From positions 32,001 through 96,000 of the forward strand of contig CAVWHO010000017.1 in the NCBI GenBank assembly GCA_963754875.1: a stretch of 64,000 nt of DNA, given 5' to 3'. Position 1 is the first letter of the stretch. Every line of letters starts with the position of its first letter. Positions 27,382 through 38,030 of this stretch are shown here, one piece after another. Below the pieces are notes generated by a model, which worked only from the letters and a program-made list of their open reading frames with translations, had not been told where the DNA came from and did not search any database. The position numbers were made by a program, and so were the translations under genes. This DNA comes from Nitrospirota bacterium (GTDB taxonomy: Bacteria; Nitrospirota; UBA9217).

Positions 27382-27497
27382 CACAGAGACGCAGAGGCAC
27401 AGAGGACAGTCACAAACGCGGGGATGCTGAAAAAAACTTCGGATGTGCACCTGTTGAATTCATGTTCTGATTTTCTCTGCGTATCCGTGCCTCCGTG
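27382..27497. repeat. CACAGAG-type tandem repeats with inverted copies
   Basis: CACAGAGA-CGCAGAGG-CACAGAGG at 27382-27405; inverted CTCTGCG-TATCCGTG-CCTCCGTG at 27475-27497. Confidence 0.6.
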
Positions 27498-27515
27498 GCT
27501 AAAGGGTTTGATCTC

Positions 27516-28160
27516 ATGATGAAAAACTATGGAATACCGGTCGCCTCCGAGGGTTGGCCGTTTATCATCCCCCTGGCTGTCGTTACCGCGTTACTGTTCG
27601 CGCTTGGCTGGAAGAACACCGGCGTCGTAACGCTCGTGCTCACGCTGTTCGTTCTGTTCTTTTTCCGTGATCCCGAACGTCAGGTTCCTGGGGGAAAGGG
27701 CGTCGTGGTTTCACCGGCAGACGGCAAGGTGATCGTTATCAAGGACATTTACGAACCGACGTATTTGAAACAGGACGTGAAGCAAATCAGCATCTTTCTC
27801 TCGGTCTTCAACGTGCACGTGAACCGCGCTCCTGTCGAGGGCACGGTCGAACTCGTGAAATATAATCCCGGCAAATTCCATGTTGCCTCGGTCGAGAAAG
27901 CATCGCTCGACAACGAGCAGACCGCGATGGTCATTGCGAACGGAAAAGACAAGGTGCTTGTAAAACAGATCGCCGGGCTTATCGCGCGGCGCATAGTTTG
28001 CTATGCAAAGGCCGGAGATGCCATCAGAAGAGGCGAACGCTATGGTTTGATCCGCTTCGGCTCGCGAACAGACATTTTTCTCCCCAAAGACGCGGAGATT
28101 AAGGTGAAGCTGGGTGACCGCGTCAAGGGAGCACGGGACATCATCGGGGTGCTGAAATGA
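27516..28160 (+). CDS. psd: Phosphatidylserine decarboxylase proenzyme
   Basis: FFRDPER, SPADGKV, FLSVFNVHVNRAP, GLIRFGSR. Confidence 0.95.
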   Translation: MMKNYGIPVASEGWPFIIPLAVVTALLFALGWKNTGVVTLVLTLFVLFFFRDPERQVPGGKGVVVSPADGKVIVIKDIYEPTYLKQDVKQISIFLSVFNVHVNRAPVEGTVELVKYNPGKFHVASVEKASLDNEQTAMVIANGKDKVLVKQIAGLIARRIVCYAKAGDAIRRGERYGLIRFGSRTDIFLPKDAEIKVKLGDRVKGARDIIGVLK

Positions 28161-28906
28161 AAAAGGGGATCTATGTCCTCCCAAACCTCATCACGCTTTC
28201 AAGCATGTTTGCCGGGTTCTATTCCATCATTGCCTCGCTGAACTCGGATTATGAGATGGCTGCCTGGGCCATTATGATCGCGTCCGTCTTCGACGTGCTT
28301 GACGGCTGGGTTGCGAGGATGACGCACACTGCAACGCGCTTCGGCATCGAGATCGATTCTCTCGCAGACGTCATTTCATTTGGTGTGGCCCCTGGCGTTC
28401 TCGTGTACACCTGGACACTGTCGTCCTTCGGCCGTGTCGGCTGGCTTGGTTCATTCTTTCTCGTCGCCTGCGCCGCCTTGCGTCTCGCACGGTTCAATGT
28501 GCAAATGGGCGGTGCCGAGAAGAAGCATTTTACCGGTCTGCCCACGCCTGCCTCGGCGATTGTGATCGCGACGACCGTCGTTGCGTACGATGGGATCATC
28601 GAAATCCTTGAACACTTGAAGCTCGTTTGGCTCGCCGACGCAGTGGGGAAGGACTACTGGGTGCTTGCGATGACGTTCCTGCTGGCAGGACTGATGGTTA
28701 GCAATATTACCTATCACGGCCTCAAGGAGGCAAACCTGAAGGAACGCCGTCCCTTCGGTCTTTTGGTCCTTATTGCGGCGTTTCTTGCAGTCGTGGCATA
28801 CCATCCCGCGCTTGTCCTGTTCCTGGTTTCGGTCTCTTACGTCGCTGTCGGCATAGTAGAGGCGCTCTATAAACTGACAAAAAGACGGAAGCCGGTCGCT
28901 GCCTAG
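28157..28906 (+). CDS. pssA: CDP-diacylglycerol--serine O-phosphatidyltransferase
   Basis: LPNLIT, DVLDGWVAR..FG..IDSLADVISFG, LRLARFN, FTGLPTP. Confidence 0.95.
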   Translation: MKKGIYVLPNLITLSSMFAGFYSIIASLNSDYEMAAWAIMIASVFDVLDGWVARMTHTATRFGIEIDSLADVISFGVAPGVLVYTWTLSSFGRVGWLGSFFLVACAALRLARFNVQMGGAEKKHFTGLPTPASAIVIATTVVAYDGIIEILEHLKLVWLADAVGKDYWVLAMTFLLAGLMVSNITYHGLKEANLKERRPFGLLVLIAAFLAVVAYHPALVLFLVSVSYVAVGIVEALYKLTKRRKPVAA

Positions 28907-28943
28907 ACTGACTGTTTAAAATTGGGAATGACGGTATACACGC

Positions 28944-28980
28944 AAGAGGGGAGAGCGGTTGTCCGCCTCTTTTTCTCTTT
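28944..28980 (+). terminator. Terminator- or attenuator-like hairpin before leuA
   Basis: GAGAGCGG-ttgt-CCGCCTCT followed by TTTTCTCTTT; imperfect stem. Confidence 0.4.
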
Positions 28981-29029
28981 ATGCGACCTGCATCCGGTGT
29001 TCTGACCCGGGTCTGGCAGGGAGGAACCT

Positions 29030-30562
29030 ATGAGTGCCATCATAAAAATATTCGATACCACGCTCCGCGACGGGGAGCAGTCCCCGGGCGCGAGCATGAA
29101 TACGGCGGAAAAGCTGGAGATTGCGAGACAGCTGGTTCGTCTGGGAGTCGATGTAATCGAGGCTGGATTTCCCATATCAAGCCCCGGCGATTTCGAGAGT
29201 GTCCGGAAAATCGGCGAGGAAGTGGGGGATGCGGTTGTCGTCTGCGGCCTTTCCCGGGCTATCGCAAAAGACATCGAGGTTGCCGCAGACGCGCTGAAAA
29301 CGGCGAAACGCCCCCGCATCCATACAGGGATCGGTGTGTCCGAGAGCCACCTGCAGCATAAGCTGCGCATCAGCCGCGAAGAAGCACTGGAACGGGCCGC
29401 TGCCGCTGTCAAACATGCGCGCACCTTCGTCGGGGACGTCGAATTTTACGCCGAGGACGCGGGCAGGGCCGAGCCAGCGTTTCTCTACCGCATGGTCGAG
29501 ACGGTGATCAAGGCCGGAGCGACCGTCGTGAATATTCCCGATACGACGGGCTATACTTATCCGGAGGAGTTCGGCTCGCTCATCAAGGGCATCCGGGAGC
29601 ACGTGCCTGGTGTCGAGAAGATCACCCTTTCCGTGCATTGCCACAACGACCTCGGGATGGCCACGGCGAACGCACTGGCCGGCGTAAAAAACGGCGCAGG
29701 GCAGGTCGAGTGTACGATCAACGGCATCGGCGAACGCGCCGGCAACACCGCAATGGAGGAAGTCGTGATGGCCCTTCGCCAGCGTTCCGCCTATTTCGGC
29801 GCTGATACAAACATCAATACGAGGGAAATCATCCGCGCGTCTCGGCTGGTGTCATCCATTACCGGCATTGTTATCCAGCCCAACAAAGCAATCGTCGGTG
29901 CAAATGCCTTTGCCCACTCCTCGGGGATCCACCAGGATGGCGTCCTCAAGGAGCGCTCTACCTATGAAATCATCGATCCGGCGGAAGTAGGCGCGGGCGG
30001 CTCCTCGATCGTTCTGACGGCCCGTTCCGGCCGGCACGCGCTGCGCCATCGGATCGCCGAGCTCGGAAACGAGCTGCCTGACGCCGAGTTCGAGAAGGTC
30101 TATGAAGCATTCCTCGTCCTCGCAGACAAAAAGAAGGAAGTCTTTGATGAAGACATCGAGGCCCTTATTTCCGACAAGGTAAAGCATATTGCCGAGGTGT
30201 ACGTGCTGAAAAGCCTCCGGGCCGAAAGCGGCACGGGCGTGACGCCCACGGCAACCGTGGAAATGGAAGTAAACGGCAAAACGGTGAAACAGACAGGACA
30301 GGGTGACGGGCCCGTGGATGCCGTGTACCGGACTATTGTGGCTATGACAGGCACGAAAAGCAAGCTCGATGCCTATCTCGTCAAGGGAATTACCGGCGGC
30401 ACCGACGCTCTGGGCGAGGTGACCGTCAAGGTCGAAGAGGGTGGTAAGAAAGTAGCAGGCCACGGCGCGGACACCGACATCATCGTGGCCAGCGCCCGGG
30501 CTTACGTCAATGCCTTGAACAAGCTGGAGTTCTGGAAAAAGGGCAAGTCAAAAAACAGTTGA
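29030..30562 (+). CDS. leuA: 2-isopropylmalate synthase
   Basis: [31 protein letters not shown] regulatory domain. Confidence 0.97.
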   Translation: MSAIIKIFDTTLRDGEQSPGASMNTAEKLEIARQLVRLGVDVIEAGFPISSPGDFESVRKIGEEVGDAVVVCGLSRAIAKDIEVAADALKTAKRPRIHTGIGVSESHLQHKLRISREEALERAAAAVKHARTFVGDVEFYAEDAGRAEPAFLYRMVETVIKAGATVVNIPDTTGYTYPEEFGSLIKGIREHVPGVEKITLSVHCHNDLGMATANALAGVKNGAGQVECTINGIGERAGNTAMEEVVMALRQRSAYFGADTNINTREIIRASRLVSSITGIVIQPNKAIVGANAFAHSSGIHQDGVLKERSTYEIIDPAEVGAGGSSIVLTARSGRHALRHRIAELGNELPDAEFEKVYEAFLVLADKKKEVFDEDIEALISDKVKHIAEVYVLKSLRAESGTGVTPTATVEMEVNGKTVKQTGQGDGPVDAVYRTIVAMTGTKSKLDAYLVKGITGGTDALGEVTVKVEEGGKKVAGHGADTDIIVASARAYVNALNKLEFWKKGKSKNS

Positions 30563-30596
30563 ATCCGCTGAAGGGATATTGTATATTTTTCACACT

Positions 30597-31856
30597 ATGA
30601 TGACCATTACTGAAAAGATACTTGCCGCTCATTGCGGCAAAAAAGAGGTCGTTCCGGGCGAACTGATCAATGCAAAACTCGATCTGGTGCTCGCGAACGA
30701 TATCACCGCGCCGATCTCGATCAAGGAGTATCGTGCTGCGGGCGCAAAAAAAGTGTTCGATCCCGACCGGATCGCGCTCATTCCCGACCACTTCGCGCCG
30801 AATAAGGACATTGCCTCAGCCGAACAGTGCGCCATGCTCCGCCAGTTCTCCCACGAGAACGATCTGTCGCTCTACTTCGAGGTCGGCAGGATGGGCGTTG
30901 AGCATGCGCTCCTTCCGGAACAGGGGATCGTGGTCCCCGGCGACGTGGTGATCGGTGCGGACAGCCACACGTGCACGTACGGCGGTCTGGGAGCGTTCTC
31001 GACGGGCGTCGGCAGCACCGACGTTGCCGCTGCGATGATCACGGGCGAGGCCTGGTTCAAGGTGCCCGAGAGCATGAAGTTCATCTTCAAGGGCAAGCTC
31101 GGCAAGTGGGTTGGGGGCAAGGACATCATCCTCAGGACCATCGGCGACATCGGTGTGGACGGGGCGCTCTACCGGTCCATGGAGTTTACCGGTGAAGTGA
31201 TCCGGAAGCTTCCCATGTCAGGCCGCCTGACCATCTGCAACATGGCTATCGAGGCAGGGGGCAAGAACGGCATCATCGAGCCCGACGAGATCACCGAAAA
31301 ATACGTGTCCAAACGCGCCCGGCGCAAGTACAAGTTCTATAAGAGCGACAAGAAAGCGAACTATGCCGATGTGCGCGAGTACGATCTGACCGGCATGGAG
31401 CCGCAGATCGCCTGCCCGCATTTGCCTGAGAACGTAAAGCCGGTCAGCGAGCTCGCTGCCATCAATATCGACCAGTCGGTTGTCGGATCGTGCACGAACG
31501 GACGGATTGAAGACATGCGCGAGGCTGCCAAGGTGATCAAGGGCCACAAGGTCCATCCCTACGTTCGCATGATCGTGATCCCCGCAACCCAGGCGATCTA
31601 CAAGCAGTGCATCAAGGAAGGCCTGGTCGACGTGTTCATCGATGCAGGCGCGGCATTCAGCACCCCGACCTGTGGGCCCTGCTTAGGCGGTCACATGGGC
31701 ATTCTGGCTGCAGGAGAGCGTGCCATTGCCACCACGAACAGGAACTTCGTTGGCAGGATGGGCAGTCCCAAGAGCGAAGTGTACCTCTCCAGTCCGGCAA
31801 TGGCTGCGGCATCTGCGGTGCTCGGCAGGATCGGAAGACCGGAAGAATTAAAATAA
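30597..31856 (+). CDS. leuC: 3-isopropylmalate dehydratase large subunit
   Basis: [27 protein letters not shown]. Confidence 0.95.
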   Translation: MMTITEKILAAHCGKKEVVPGELINAKLDLVLANDITAPISIKEYRAAGAKKVFDPDRIALIPDHFAPNKDIASAEQCAMLRQFSHENDLSLYFEVGRMGVEHALLPEQGIVVPGDVVIGADSHTCTYGGLGAFSTGVGSTDVAAAMITGEAWFKVPESMKFIFKGKLGKWVGGKDIILRTIGDIGVDGALYRSMEFTGEVIRKLPMSGRLTICNMAIEAGGKNGIIEPDEITEKYVSKRARRKYKFYKSDKKANYADVREYDLTGMEPQIACPHLPENVKPVSELAAINIDQSVVGSCTNGRIEDMREAAKVIKGHKVHPYVRMIVIPATQAIYKQCIKEGLVDVFIDAGAAFSTPTCGPCLGGHMGILAAGERAIATTNRNFVGRMGSPKSEVYLSSPAMAAASAVLGRIGRPEELK

Positions 31857-31906
31857 TAAATCGTTCAAACAGTTTAAACGTTTAAGCTGTTTGAGAGAGG
31901 TTCTCA

Positions 31907-32404
31907 ATGAAATTTAACGGTAATGCATGGAAATTCGGAGCTGATGTCGACACGGATGCGATCATCCCGGCACGGTACCTGAATACGTCCGATCCGAAGG
32001 AACTGGCGAAACACTGCATGGAAGACTCGACCACGTCGGACTTCATGAAACGGATGAAGCCCGGCGACATTATTGTCGCGGAGAAGAACTTCGGGTGCGG
32101 GTCATCGCGCGAGCACGCTCCTATCGCGATCAAAGCGGCCGGGGTTTCCTGCGTTGTCGCAAAAAGCTTTGCCCGAATTTTCTACCGGAACTGCTTCAAT
32201 ATGGGGTTGCCTATCTTCGAGAGCGTCGAGGCCGTCGACGGAATCAACGAAGGCGACCGGATCGAAGTGGATGCTGACAACGGCGTGATCCGCAACGTCA
32301 CCACGAACAAAGAGTTCAAGGCCACTCCCGTGCCGCCGTTCATGCAGGAGCTCATTGCAGCCGGCGGGCTCATGGCATATACCAGGAAAAAGGCGGGACT
32401 GTAG
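31907..32404 (+). CDS. leuD: 3-isopropylmalate dehydratase small subunit
   Basis: [27 protein letters not shown]. Confidence 0.95.
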   Translation: MKFNGNAWKFGADVDTDAIIPARYLNTSDPKELAKHCMEDSTTSDFMKRMKPGDIIVAEKNFGCGSSREHAPIAIKAAGVSCVVAKSFARIFYRNCFNMGLPIFESVEAVDGINEGDRIEVDADNGVIRNVTTNKEFKATPVPPFMQELIAAGGLMAYTRKKAGL

Positions 32405-32481
32405 CACCGCAACTTGTCCCGTAACCTGCGCGACGGAGCACTCTTAATCCTGACGAATCGTAATGAAAAAGGTGGCGCCAC

Positions 32482-32727
32482 TTGACGGCATGTTTCAAGC
32501 TGATGAAAACGCTCCGGTCCGAACAACAATCCAATTCTCTCTGTGATTCGTGCGTGTATTTCAGCAGAAACCTTGACCCATCCTATTCCTCACCCAACGC
32601 GCCTTCGCAGCACTCGTGCGGATTAGACTTTATTCCCGGCGACGACAAGTGTAATGAGATGCGGACGAACAACTGCAGCACCAGAAAAAAAGCTGAGACA
32701 TGCAGGAAAAAAGAGGAAATGATTTGA
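32482..32727 (+). CDS. Small Cys-rich hypothetical protein
   Basis: AAGGTGG before TTG; CDSC plus further Cys; fills the leuD-leuB gap on the operon strand. Confidence 0.45.
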   Translation: MTACFKLMKTLRSEQQSNSLCDSCVYFSRNLDPSYSSPNAPSQHSCGLDFIPGDDKCNEMRTNNCSTRKKAETCRKKEEMI

Positions 32728-32825
32728 AGGTGGGAACGCCTCTGCGTCATCCCCATTTCGCTTTTTCATTCACCCTTTCCCCTGAATGCTTTAAAGAAAA
32801 ATAACTTTGAGAGGGATAATCATTC

Positions 32826-33902
32826 ATGGCAAAGACCTACAAGATCGCAACAATCCCCGGTGACGGGACCGGACCCGAGGTTGTAAAAGAAGCGGTTAAA
32901 GTCATCAATGCCGCAGCCGTGAAGGGCGGGTTCAAGCTCGAGTATACCGAGTTCGACTTCGGCGCTGCGCGTTATTTGAAAACCGGAGAGACGCTACCCG
33001 ACAGCGCGATCGGAGAGTTCAAGAAGTTCGACTCTATGTTCCTCGGCGCCATCGGTCATCCCGATGTAAAACCGGGCATCCTCGAAATGGGCATTCTCCT
33101 CAAGATCCGTTTTGCCCTGGACCAGTATATCAATCTCAGGCCGGTGAAACTCTATCCTAATGTGGAAACGCCGCTCAAGGACAAGGGACCGGAACATATC
33201 GACTTCGTGGTCATTCGCGAGAACACGGGTGGCATCTACACCGGCCACGGTGGCGCGACGCGTGTGGGCACGACCGAGGAAATCGCCACACAGCTCATGG
33301 TGTACGACCGCCGTACTGTTGATCGGTGTCTCAAGTATGCCTTTGAGCTCAAGAAGAAGCGCAACGCGCAGAACCCCAAGTATGCTGCAAAACCGATCAC
33401 GCTCATCCACAAGCGGAACGTGCTCACCCATTGCGGCGACCTCTGGTACCGCGCCTTTGAAGAGATGGGAGCAAAGCAGTATCCGGAGCTCAAGCGCGAC
33501 TACAACCACATCGACGCGGCGAACATGTGGTTCGTGAAGAACCCCGAATGGTTCGACGTGGCGGTCACGGAAAACCTCTTCGGCGACATCATCACCGATC
33601 TGGGCGCCATGATCCAGGGCGGTCTCGGCGTGGCCTCGGGCGGAAACATCAATCCCGAAGGCGTCTCGATGTTCGAGCCCATGGGCGGCAGCGCGCCGAA
33701 GTATGCCGGCCAGAACGTCATCAACCCCATTGCAGCCATCGGCGCGGCCATGATGATGATTGACTCATTAGGTGAAACGAAATCAGCCCAGGTCATCGAG
33801 AGGGCAATGATCGCGACGATGAAAAAAATGAAGAGCCAGGCAGCAGGGAAGATGGGCATGACCACGACTGAAGTGGGCGATATGGTCGCGGGGTTGGTTT
33901 AA
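32826..33902 (+). CDS. leuB: 3-isopropylmalate dehydrogenase
   Basis: [34 protein letters not shown]; leu cluster context. Confidence 0.93.
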   Translation: MAKTYKIATIPGDGTGPEVVKEAVKVINAAAVKGGFKLEYTEFDFGAARYLKTGETLPDSAIGEFKKFDSMFLGAIGHPDVKPGILEMGILLKIRFALDQYINLRPVKLYPNVETPLKDKGPEHIDFVVIRENTGGIYTGHGGATRVGTTEEIATQLMVYDRRTVDRCLKYAFELKKKRNAQNPKYAAKPITLIHKRNVLTHCGDLWYRAFEEMGAKQYPELKRDYNHIDAANMWFVKNPEWFDVAVTENLFGDIITDLGAMIQGGLGVASGGNINPEGVSMFEPMGGSAPKYAGQNVINPIAAIGAAMMMIDSLGETKSAQVIERAMIATMKKMKSQAAGKMGMTTTEVGDMVAGLV

Positions 33903-33914
33903 GCTTTATCATCA

Positions 33915-33950
33915 CCTTCCCCTTTGAGAAAGGGGGAATGAGGGGGATTT
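33915..33950. repeat. REP-like palindrome, left of the DUF559 gene
   Basis: TTCCCCTTTGAGAAAGGGGGAATGAGGGGGATTT. Confidence 0.75.
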
Positions 33951-33968
33951 GAGAATTTTGGGTTACGT

Positions 33969-34316
33969 ATGCTACCCTATAACAAAGATCTCAAACAGTT
34001 CTCCCAAAAGCTTAGAAAGAGCATGACCGATGCTGAGCGACGGTTGTGGACTCGAATAAGAGGTAAACAGCTTAGGAATCTACAGTTTTATCGGCAGAAG
34101 ATCATCGGCGAGTACATCGTGGACTTTTACTGTCCCAAGGCAAAGCTGGTCATAGAACTTGATGGGGGACAGCATTATACGGAAGAAGGCAAAGAAAAAG
34201 ACAGAATCAGAGATGATTACCTGGCTGGTGCAGGATTGCACGTGCTGAGGTTCTCAGACCGTGAAGTGCTGGCTAAACTAGACGGAGTACTTGAAAAGGT
34301 ATGGAGTTGCCTGTAA
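33969..34316 (+). CDS. DUF559 (Vsr-like, PD-(D/E)XK-related) endonuclease domain protein
   Basis: LRKSMTDAERRLW, FYRQ, YIVDFYC, IELDGGQH, RDDYL, VLRF. Confidence 0.92.
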   Translation: MLPYNKDLKQFSQKLRKSMTDAERRLWTRIRGKQLRNLQFYRQKIIGEYIVDFYCPKAKLVIELDGGQHYTEEGKEKDRIRDDYLAGAGLHVLRFSDREVLAKLDGVLEKVWSCL

Positions 34317-34324
34317 CTTAGGCA

Positions 34325-34403
34325 TCCCCCTTTGGAAAAGGGGGACCGAGGGGATTTATCAATCAGAAAATCTCCCCTAACCCCTCTTTTCCAAAGAGGG
34401 GGA
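34325..34403. repeat. Two REP-like palindromes (direct and inverted copy), right of the DUF559 gene
   Basis: TCCCCCTTTGGAAAAGGGGGACCGAGGGGATTT (34325-34357) and inverted AAATCTCCCCTAACCCCTCTTTTCCAAAGAGGGGGA (34368-34403). Confidence 0.75.
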
Positions 34404-34578
34404 TAAAGGCGTATGGCGGGGATAGTATAACGGACGCCAGGAGCTTTAAGGTCATATCGTTGTTGATCATCATGATTGCTATGGGTCTCCTTGGGAGTGT
34501 GGTTCTTTGTATCAAAACGGTTGAAATCGACGTAATGACCATAGTAGGGATTCTACTATTCTGAAGAGGAGCAAGGCA

Positions 34579-35691
34579 ATGATTCGAGTTGGTTTTATCG
34601 GCTGGCGCGGCATGGTGGGCTCAGTGCTCATGGGCCGGATGAAGGAAGAGAAGGACTTCGACCTTGTTGCCCCGGTGTTCTTCACCACCTCGAACGTGGG
34701 CGGGAAGGGACCGAACATCGGCAAGGATGTCCCTGCACTCAAGGACGCCAAGAACATCGACGAGCTCAAGAAGCTGGACGCAATCGTCTCCTGCCAGGGA
34801 GGGGAATACACGACAGAAGTGTACCCCAGGCTTCGCGAGGCAGGATGGAAGGGATACTGGATCGACGCCGCATCAACGCTCCGGATGACAGGAGATTCGA
34901 TAATCATCCTTGATCCCGTGAACATGAAGGTGATCAAGGATGGCCTCGCCAAAGGCGTCAAGAATTACATCGGCGGCAACTGCACCGTTTCGCTCATGCT
35001 CATCGCACTGGGCGGGTTGTACGAGCAAGACCTCGTCGAATGGATGAGCGCCATGACTTACCAGGCCGCCTCAGGCGCGGGCGCGAACAACATGCGCGAA
35101 CTCCTGAAGCAAATGGGCTCTGCGCATAACGCGGTAAAAAATCTTCTGGACGATCCCGCTTCCGCGATCCTGGAAATCGACAGCAAGGTTGCGACGCACG
35201 TCCGTTCCAATGCCTATCCCACGGAATTTTTTGGTGCGCCGCTCGCCTGTTCGCTCATTCCCTGGATCGACAAACAGCTCGACAACGGCCAGAGTCGCGA
35301 GGAGTGGAAGGGCCAGGCTGAAACGAACAAGATCCTGGGCAGGGAACACAATCCTATCCCCATCGACGGCACCTGTGTCCGGATCGGCTCGATGCGATGC
35401 CACAGTCAGGCGCTTACGATCAAAATGAAGAAGGACGTGCCGCTCGACGAGATCACGGACATGATCGCGAAGCACAACAAGTGGGTAAAAGTGGTGCCCA
35501 ACCAGCGTGAGATTTCGATGAAGGAACTGACTCCTGCGGCGGTCACCGGTACTCTCATTGTCCCCGTGGGACGCCTGCGCAAGATGAATATGGGCCCAAC
35601 GTTTCTGAATGCGTTTACCTGCGGAGACCAGCTCCTTTGGGGCGCGGCAGAGCCGCTTCGCAGGATGCTCAGGATTGTGGTGGAAAAATAG
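34579..35691 (+). CDS. asd: Aspartate-semialdehyde dehydrogenase (E. coli-like type)
   Basis: [40 protein letters not shown]. Confidence 0.96.
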   Translation: MIRVGFIGWRGMVGSVLMGRMKEEKDFDLVAPVFFTTSNVGGKGPNIGKDVPALKDAKNIDELKKLDAIVSCQGGEYTTEVYPRLREAGWKGYWIDAASTLRMTGDSIIILDPVNMKVIKDGLAKGVKNYIGGNCTVSLMLIALGGLYEQDLVEWMSAMTYQAASGAGANNMRELLKQMGSAHNAVKNLLDDPASAILEIDSKVATHVRSNAYPTEFFGAPLACSLIPWIDKQLDNGQSREEWKGQAETNKILGREHNPIPIDGTCVRIGSMRCHSQALTIKMKKDVPLDEITDMIAKHNKWVKVVPNQREISMKELTPAAVTGTLIVPVGRLRKMNMGPTFLNAFTCGDQLLWGAAEPLRRMLRIVVEK

Positions 35692-35710
35692 AGTTGAAAT
35701 TATTATGGTC

Positions 35711-35798
35711 GTCATTCCGGGCTTGACCCGGAATCCAGAGGTTTTTTTGTTTCCGTCATGTCTCTCAGTCGCTGGATTCCCGCCTTCGCGGGAATAAC
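35711..35798. repeat. Inverted pair of REP-like palindromes
   Basis: GTCATTCCGGGCTTGACCCGGAATCCAG (35711-35738) and CTGGATTCCCGCCTTCGCGGGAATAAC (35772-35798). Confidence 0.8.
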
Positions 35799-35808
35799 GA
35801 ATTTTTTT

Positions 35809-36822
35809 ATGCTTAAGAAAAAAGACAAATATGTTGTTGCCGTTGTGGGTGCTACCGGCGCCGTGGGCAAGGAAATGCTCGAAATCCTCGAGGAGAGGGC
35901 ATTTCCCGTGAGCGAGATCATACCGCTCGCCTCTGAGCGCTCCGAGGGCGAGCGGGTGGAATTCAAGGGCAAGAATGTCGTCGTCCGGAAACTGGCAAAA
36001 GATTCGTTCCAGGACGTTGATATCGCGCTTTTTTCTGCAGGTGCGGAACGCAGTCTGGAGTTCGCCCCGCATGCGGTAAAGTCAGGCGCCGTGGTGATAG
36101 ACAATTCGAGTGCATTCCGCATGGACCCGAAAGTCCCGCTCGTGGTGCCTGAAGTAAACGCCCATGCCCTGGACAAACACAGTGGTATTATCGCAAACCC
36201 GAACTGCTCCACCATTGCCCTGGTGCTGGTGCTCAAACCCATCCATGACAAGGTGAAGATCAAACGCATCGTGGTCACCACGTTCCAGTCGGTTTCCGGT
36301 ACGGGCAAAGAAGCCATGGACGAGCTTGCTCAGCAGACCGTGGCGCTCCTGAACTTCAAGGACGTCGAAACAAAGGTCTATCCGCACCAGATCGCATTTA
36401 ACTGCATCCCGCATATCGATGCTTTCCTCGAAAACGGCTATACGAAGGAAGAGATGAAAATGGCAAACGAGACGAGGAAGATCATGGAGGATGATACCAT
36501 CCGCCTGACAGCGACAACGGTCCGTGTGCCGGTATTCAGGGGTCATTCAGAATCGGTAAACATCGAGACCGAGAAGAAGATATCGGCGAATGAAGTGAGG
36601 GCGATACTGGCGGAAGCGCCGGGTGTCCTGGTCTATGACGACCCGAAGAAGAACATTTATCCTCTGGCCATGGATGTGGTCGGTAAAGATGAGACCTACG
36701 TCGGCAGGGTCAGGGAGGATGAATCCATTCCGAACGGGATCAACCTCTGGTTGGTGTCCGACAACCTTCGAAAAGGCGCGGCGCTGAACGCAGTGCAGAT
36801 AGCGGAGTATTTGATAAAGTAG
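35809..36822 (+). CDS. asd: Aspartate-semialdehyde dehydrogenase, second (short) type
   Basis: GATGAVG, DNSSAFR, ANPNCST, QSVSGTG, DNLRKGAALNAVQIAE. Confidence 0.93.
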   Translation: MLKKKDKYVVAVVGATGAVGKEMLEILEERAFPVSEIIPLASERSEGERVEFKGKNVVVRKLAKDSFQDVDIALFSAGAERSLEFAPHAVKSGAVVIDNSSAFRMDPKVPLVVPEVNAHALDKHSGIIANPNCSTIALVLVLKPIHDKVKIKRIVVTTFQSVSGTGKEAMDELAQQTVALLNFKDVETKVYPHQIAFNCIPHIDAFLENGYTKEEMKMANETRKIMEDDTIRLTATTVRVPVFRGHSESVNIETEKKISANEVRAILAEAPGVLVYDDPKKNIYPLAMDVVGKDETYVGRVREDESIPNGINLWLVSDNLRKGAALNAVQIAEYLIK

Positions 36823-36906
36823 TCAGAAATCAGGAGACAGTAGCCAGGAGGCCATAAGGCAGAAGGGGCTCACGATTCACAAATTCGTATTCTGACTCCT
36901 GATTCC
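36821..36906. repeat. AGTCAG-type heptamer repeats with an inverted copy
   Basis: AGTCAGA-AATCAGG-AGACAGT-AGCCAGG; inverted TCTGACT-CCTGATT. Confidence 0.5.
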
Positions 36907-36916
36907 ATCTTTCCCC

Positions 36917-37759
36917 ATGTACAAGCTGATCTCTAAAATATTCGACAAGCTCGAGCGGGGTCTAAGCCCGAAGGAAAAGGCGATCATTGTTTCCCTCATG
37001 CTTATCATCTCAGTCCTCGGGATTGTTCTGGGCGGCCGGTATTACAACTATATCCAGAAGAATCCCGAGTTCTGCAACAGTTGCCATCTCATGGAGGAAG
37101 CCTACACGGCGTGGAAACTATCCGGGCACCGGAGCATCGTGTGCCAGAACTGTCATCAACTCGGCCTCATCGAACAGAACCGGCTGCTCGTCAAGTTCGT
37201 TTTTACGACGAACCGGAAGACGCCTGAGCCGCACGGCAACGCTACGCCATGGAAGACATGCGTGAAATGTCACTGGGATGAAGCAGCGCAGGGATCGGTA
37301 GCGGTGAGTAAGTCGACAGGCCATGCCCGGCACGTGTTCATGGAGAAGCTGACCTGTAAGGATTGCCACAGCAAGAAAGTACATTCCTTCCGGCCGCAAA
37401 AGGATGCGTGTCTCCGCTGCCATAAGGATTGGAAAATTCACGGCGTGGGCATGGAGGATATTTCCTGTCTCCGGTGCCACCCGTTCTCGCCAAGGAAGCA
37501 GGAAGCGTTCATCCCCGACCGTGAGCGATGTCTGTCATGCCACCGGAAATCCTCGAAGAAGCTCTTTCCGGACAAGGTCCCTATGGCACGGCTGAACTGC
37601 TACGAGTGCCATAAACCCCACGCACGAATTAAGCCTACAGATGACGACTGCCTGCGATGCCACACCCGCGAGGTATTGGCGCAGAAATCCGTTCACCGGA
37701 CGACAGTGGCGAGTTGCAAAACGTGTCACATCCCGCATCGTTGGTCGGCAGTGCGGTAA
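36917..37759 (+). CDS. Membrane-anchored decaheme c-type cytochrome (NapC/NirT-like N-terminus)
   Basis: One N-terminal TM helix and ten CxxCH: CNSCH, CQNCH, CVKCH, CKDCH, CLRCH, CLRCH, CLSCH, CYECH, CLRCH, CKTCH. Confidence 0.9.
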   Translation: MYKLISKIFDKLERGLSPKEKAIIVSLMLIISVLGIVLGGRYYNYIQKNPEFCNSCHLMEEAYTAWKLSGHRSIVCQNCHQLGLIEQNRLLVKFVFTTNRKTPEPHGNATPWKTCVKCHWDEAAQGSVAVSKSTGHARHVFMEKLTCKDCHSKKVHSFRPQKDACLRCHKDWKIHGVGMEDISCLRCHPFSPRKQEAFIPDRERCLSCHRKSSKKLFPDKVPMARLNCYECHKPHARIKPTDDDCLRCHTREVLAQKSVHRTTVASCKTCHIPHRWSAVR

Positions 37760-37781
37760 AGTACCGCCACAGTCCCCAAGG

Positions 37782-38030
37782 TCAGCGCTTTTTCGCCCTT
37801 TTCCTGGTGCTTTTCAAGAAAAGTTCGTTCGGCTCAACCTTGTAGATACTGCACAGCGTCATGAGCTTCATCAGACTCGGATTGGTTTCCTTGCCTGATT
37901 CGAGGCGTGAGATGTAGCCTTGTGTGATTTTGCCGCGGTGGTCGGAAGCAATCTCGGAAAGGCGCGCCACCTGACTCATCGACATTTTATGCTTCGTGCG
38001 TAGTTTTTTTAGTTTGTCCGCTAGTGTCAT
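37782..38030 (-). CDS. XRE-family HTH transcriptional regulator
   Basis: LKKLR..MSMSQVA...YISRLESGKETNPS. Confidence 0.88.
   Translation of the reverse strand: MTLADKLKKLRTKHKMSMSQVARLSEIASDHRGKITQGYISRLESGKETNPSLMKLMTLCSIYKVEPNELFLKSTRKRAKKR

Noticed and set aside
27516..28906. psd-pssA inside the ilv-leu cluster as a novelty
   Set aside because: The ilvC-psd-pssA-leuA order is a familiar arrangement in several bacterial groups.
28928..29005. Leu leader peptide before leuA (MTVYTQEGRAVVRLFFSLCDLHPVF)
   Set aside because: No run of Leu codons and a weak RBS; the hairpin is reported only as terminator-like.
34440..34564. Hydrophobic reading-frame fragment between the DUF559 repeats and asd
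   Set aside because: Short, with no convincing start or family motif.
34579..36822. Two tandem asd genes as a recent duplication
   Set aside because: They belong to two distinct subfamilies, and leuB-asd-asd-like order is known in other Gram-negative bacteria.
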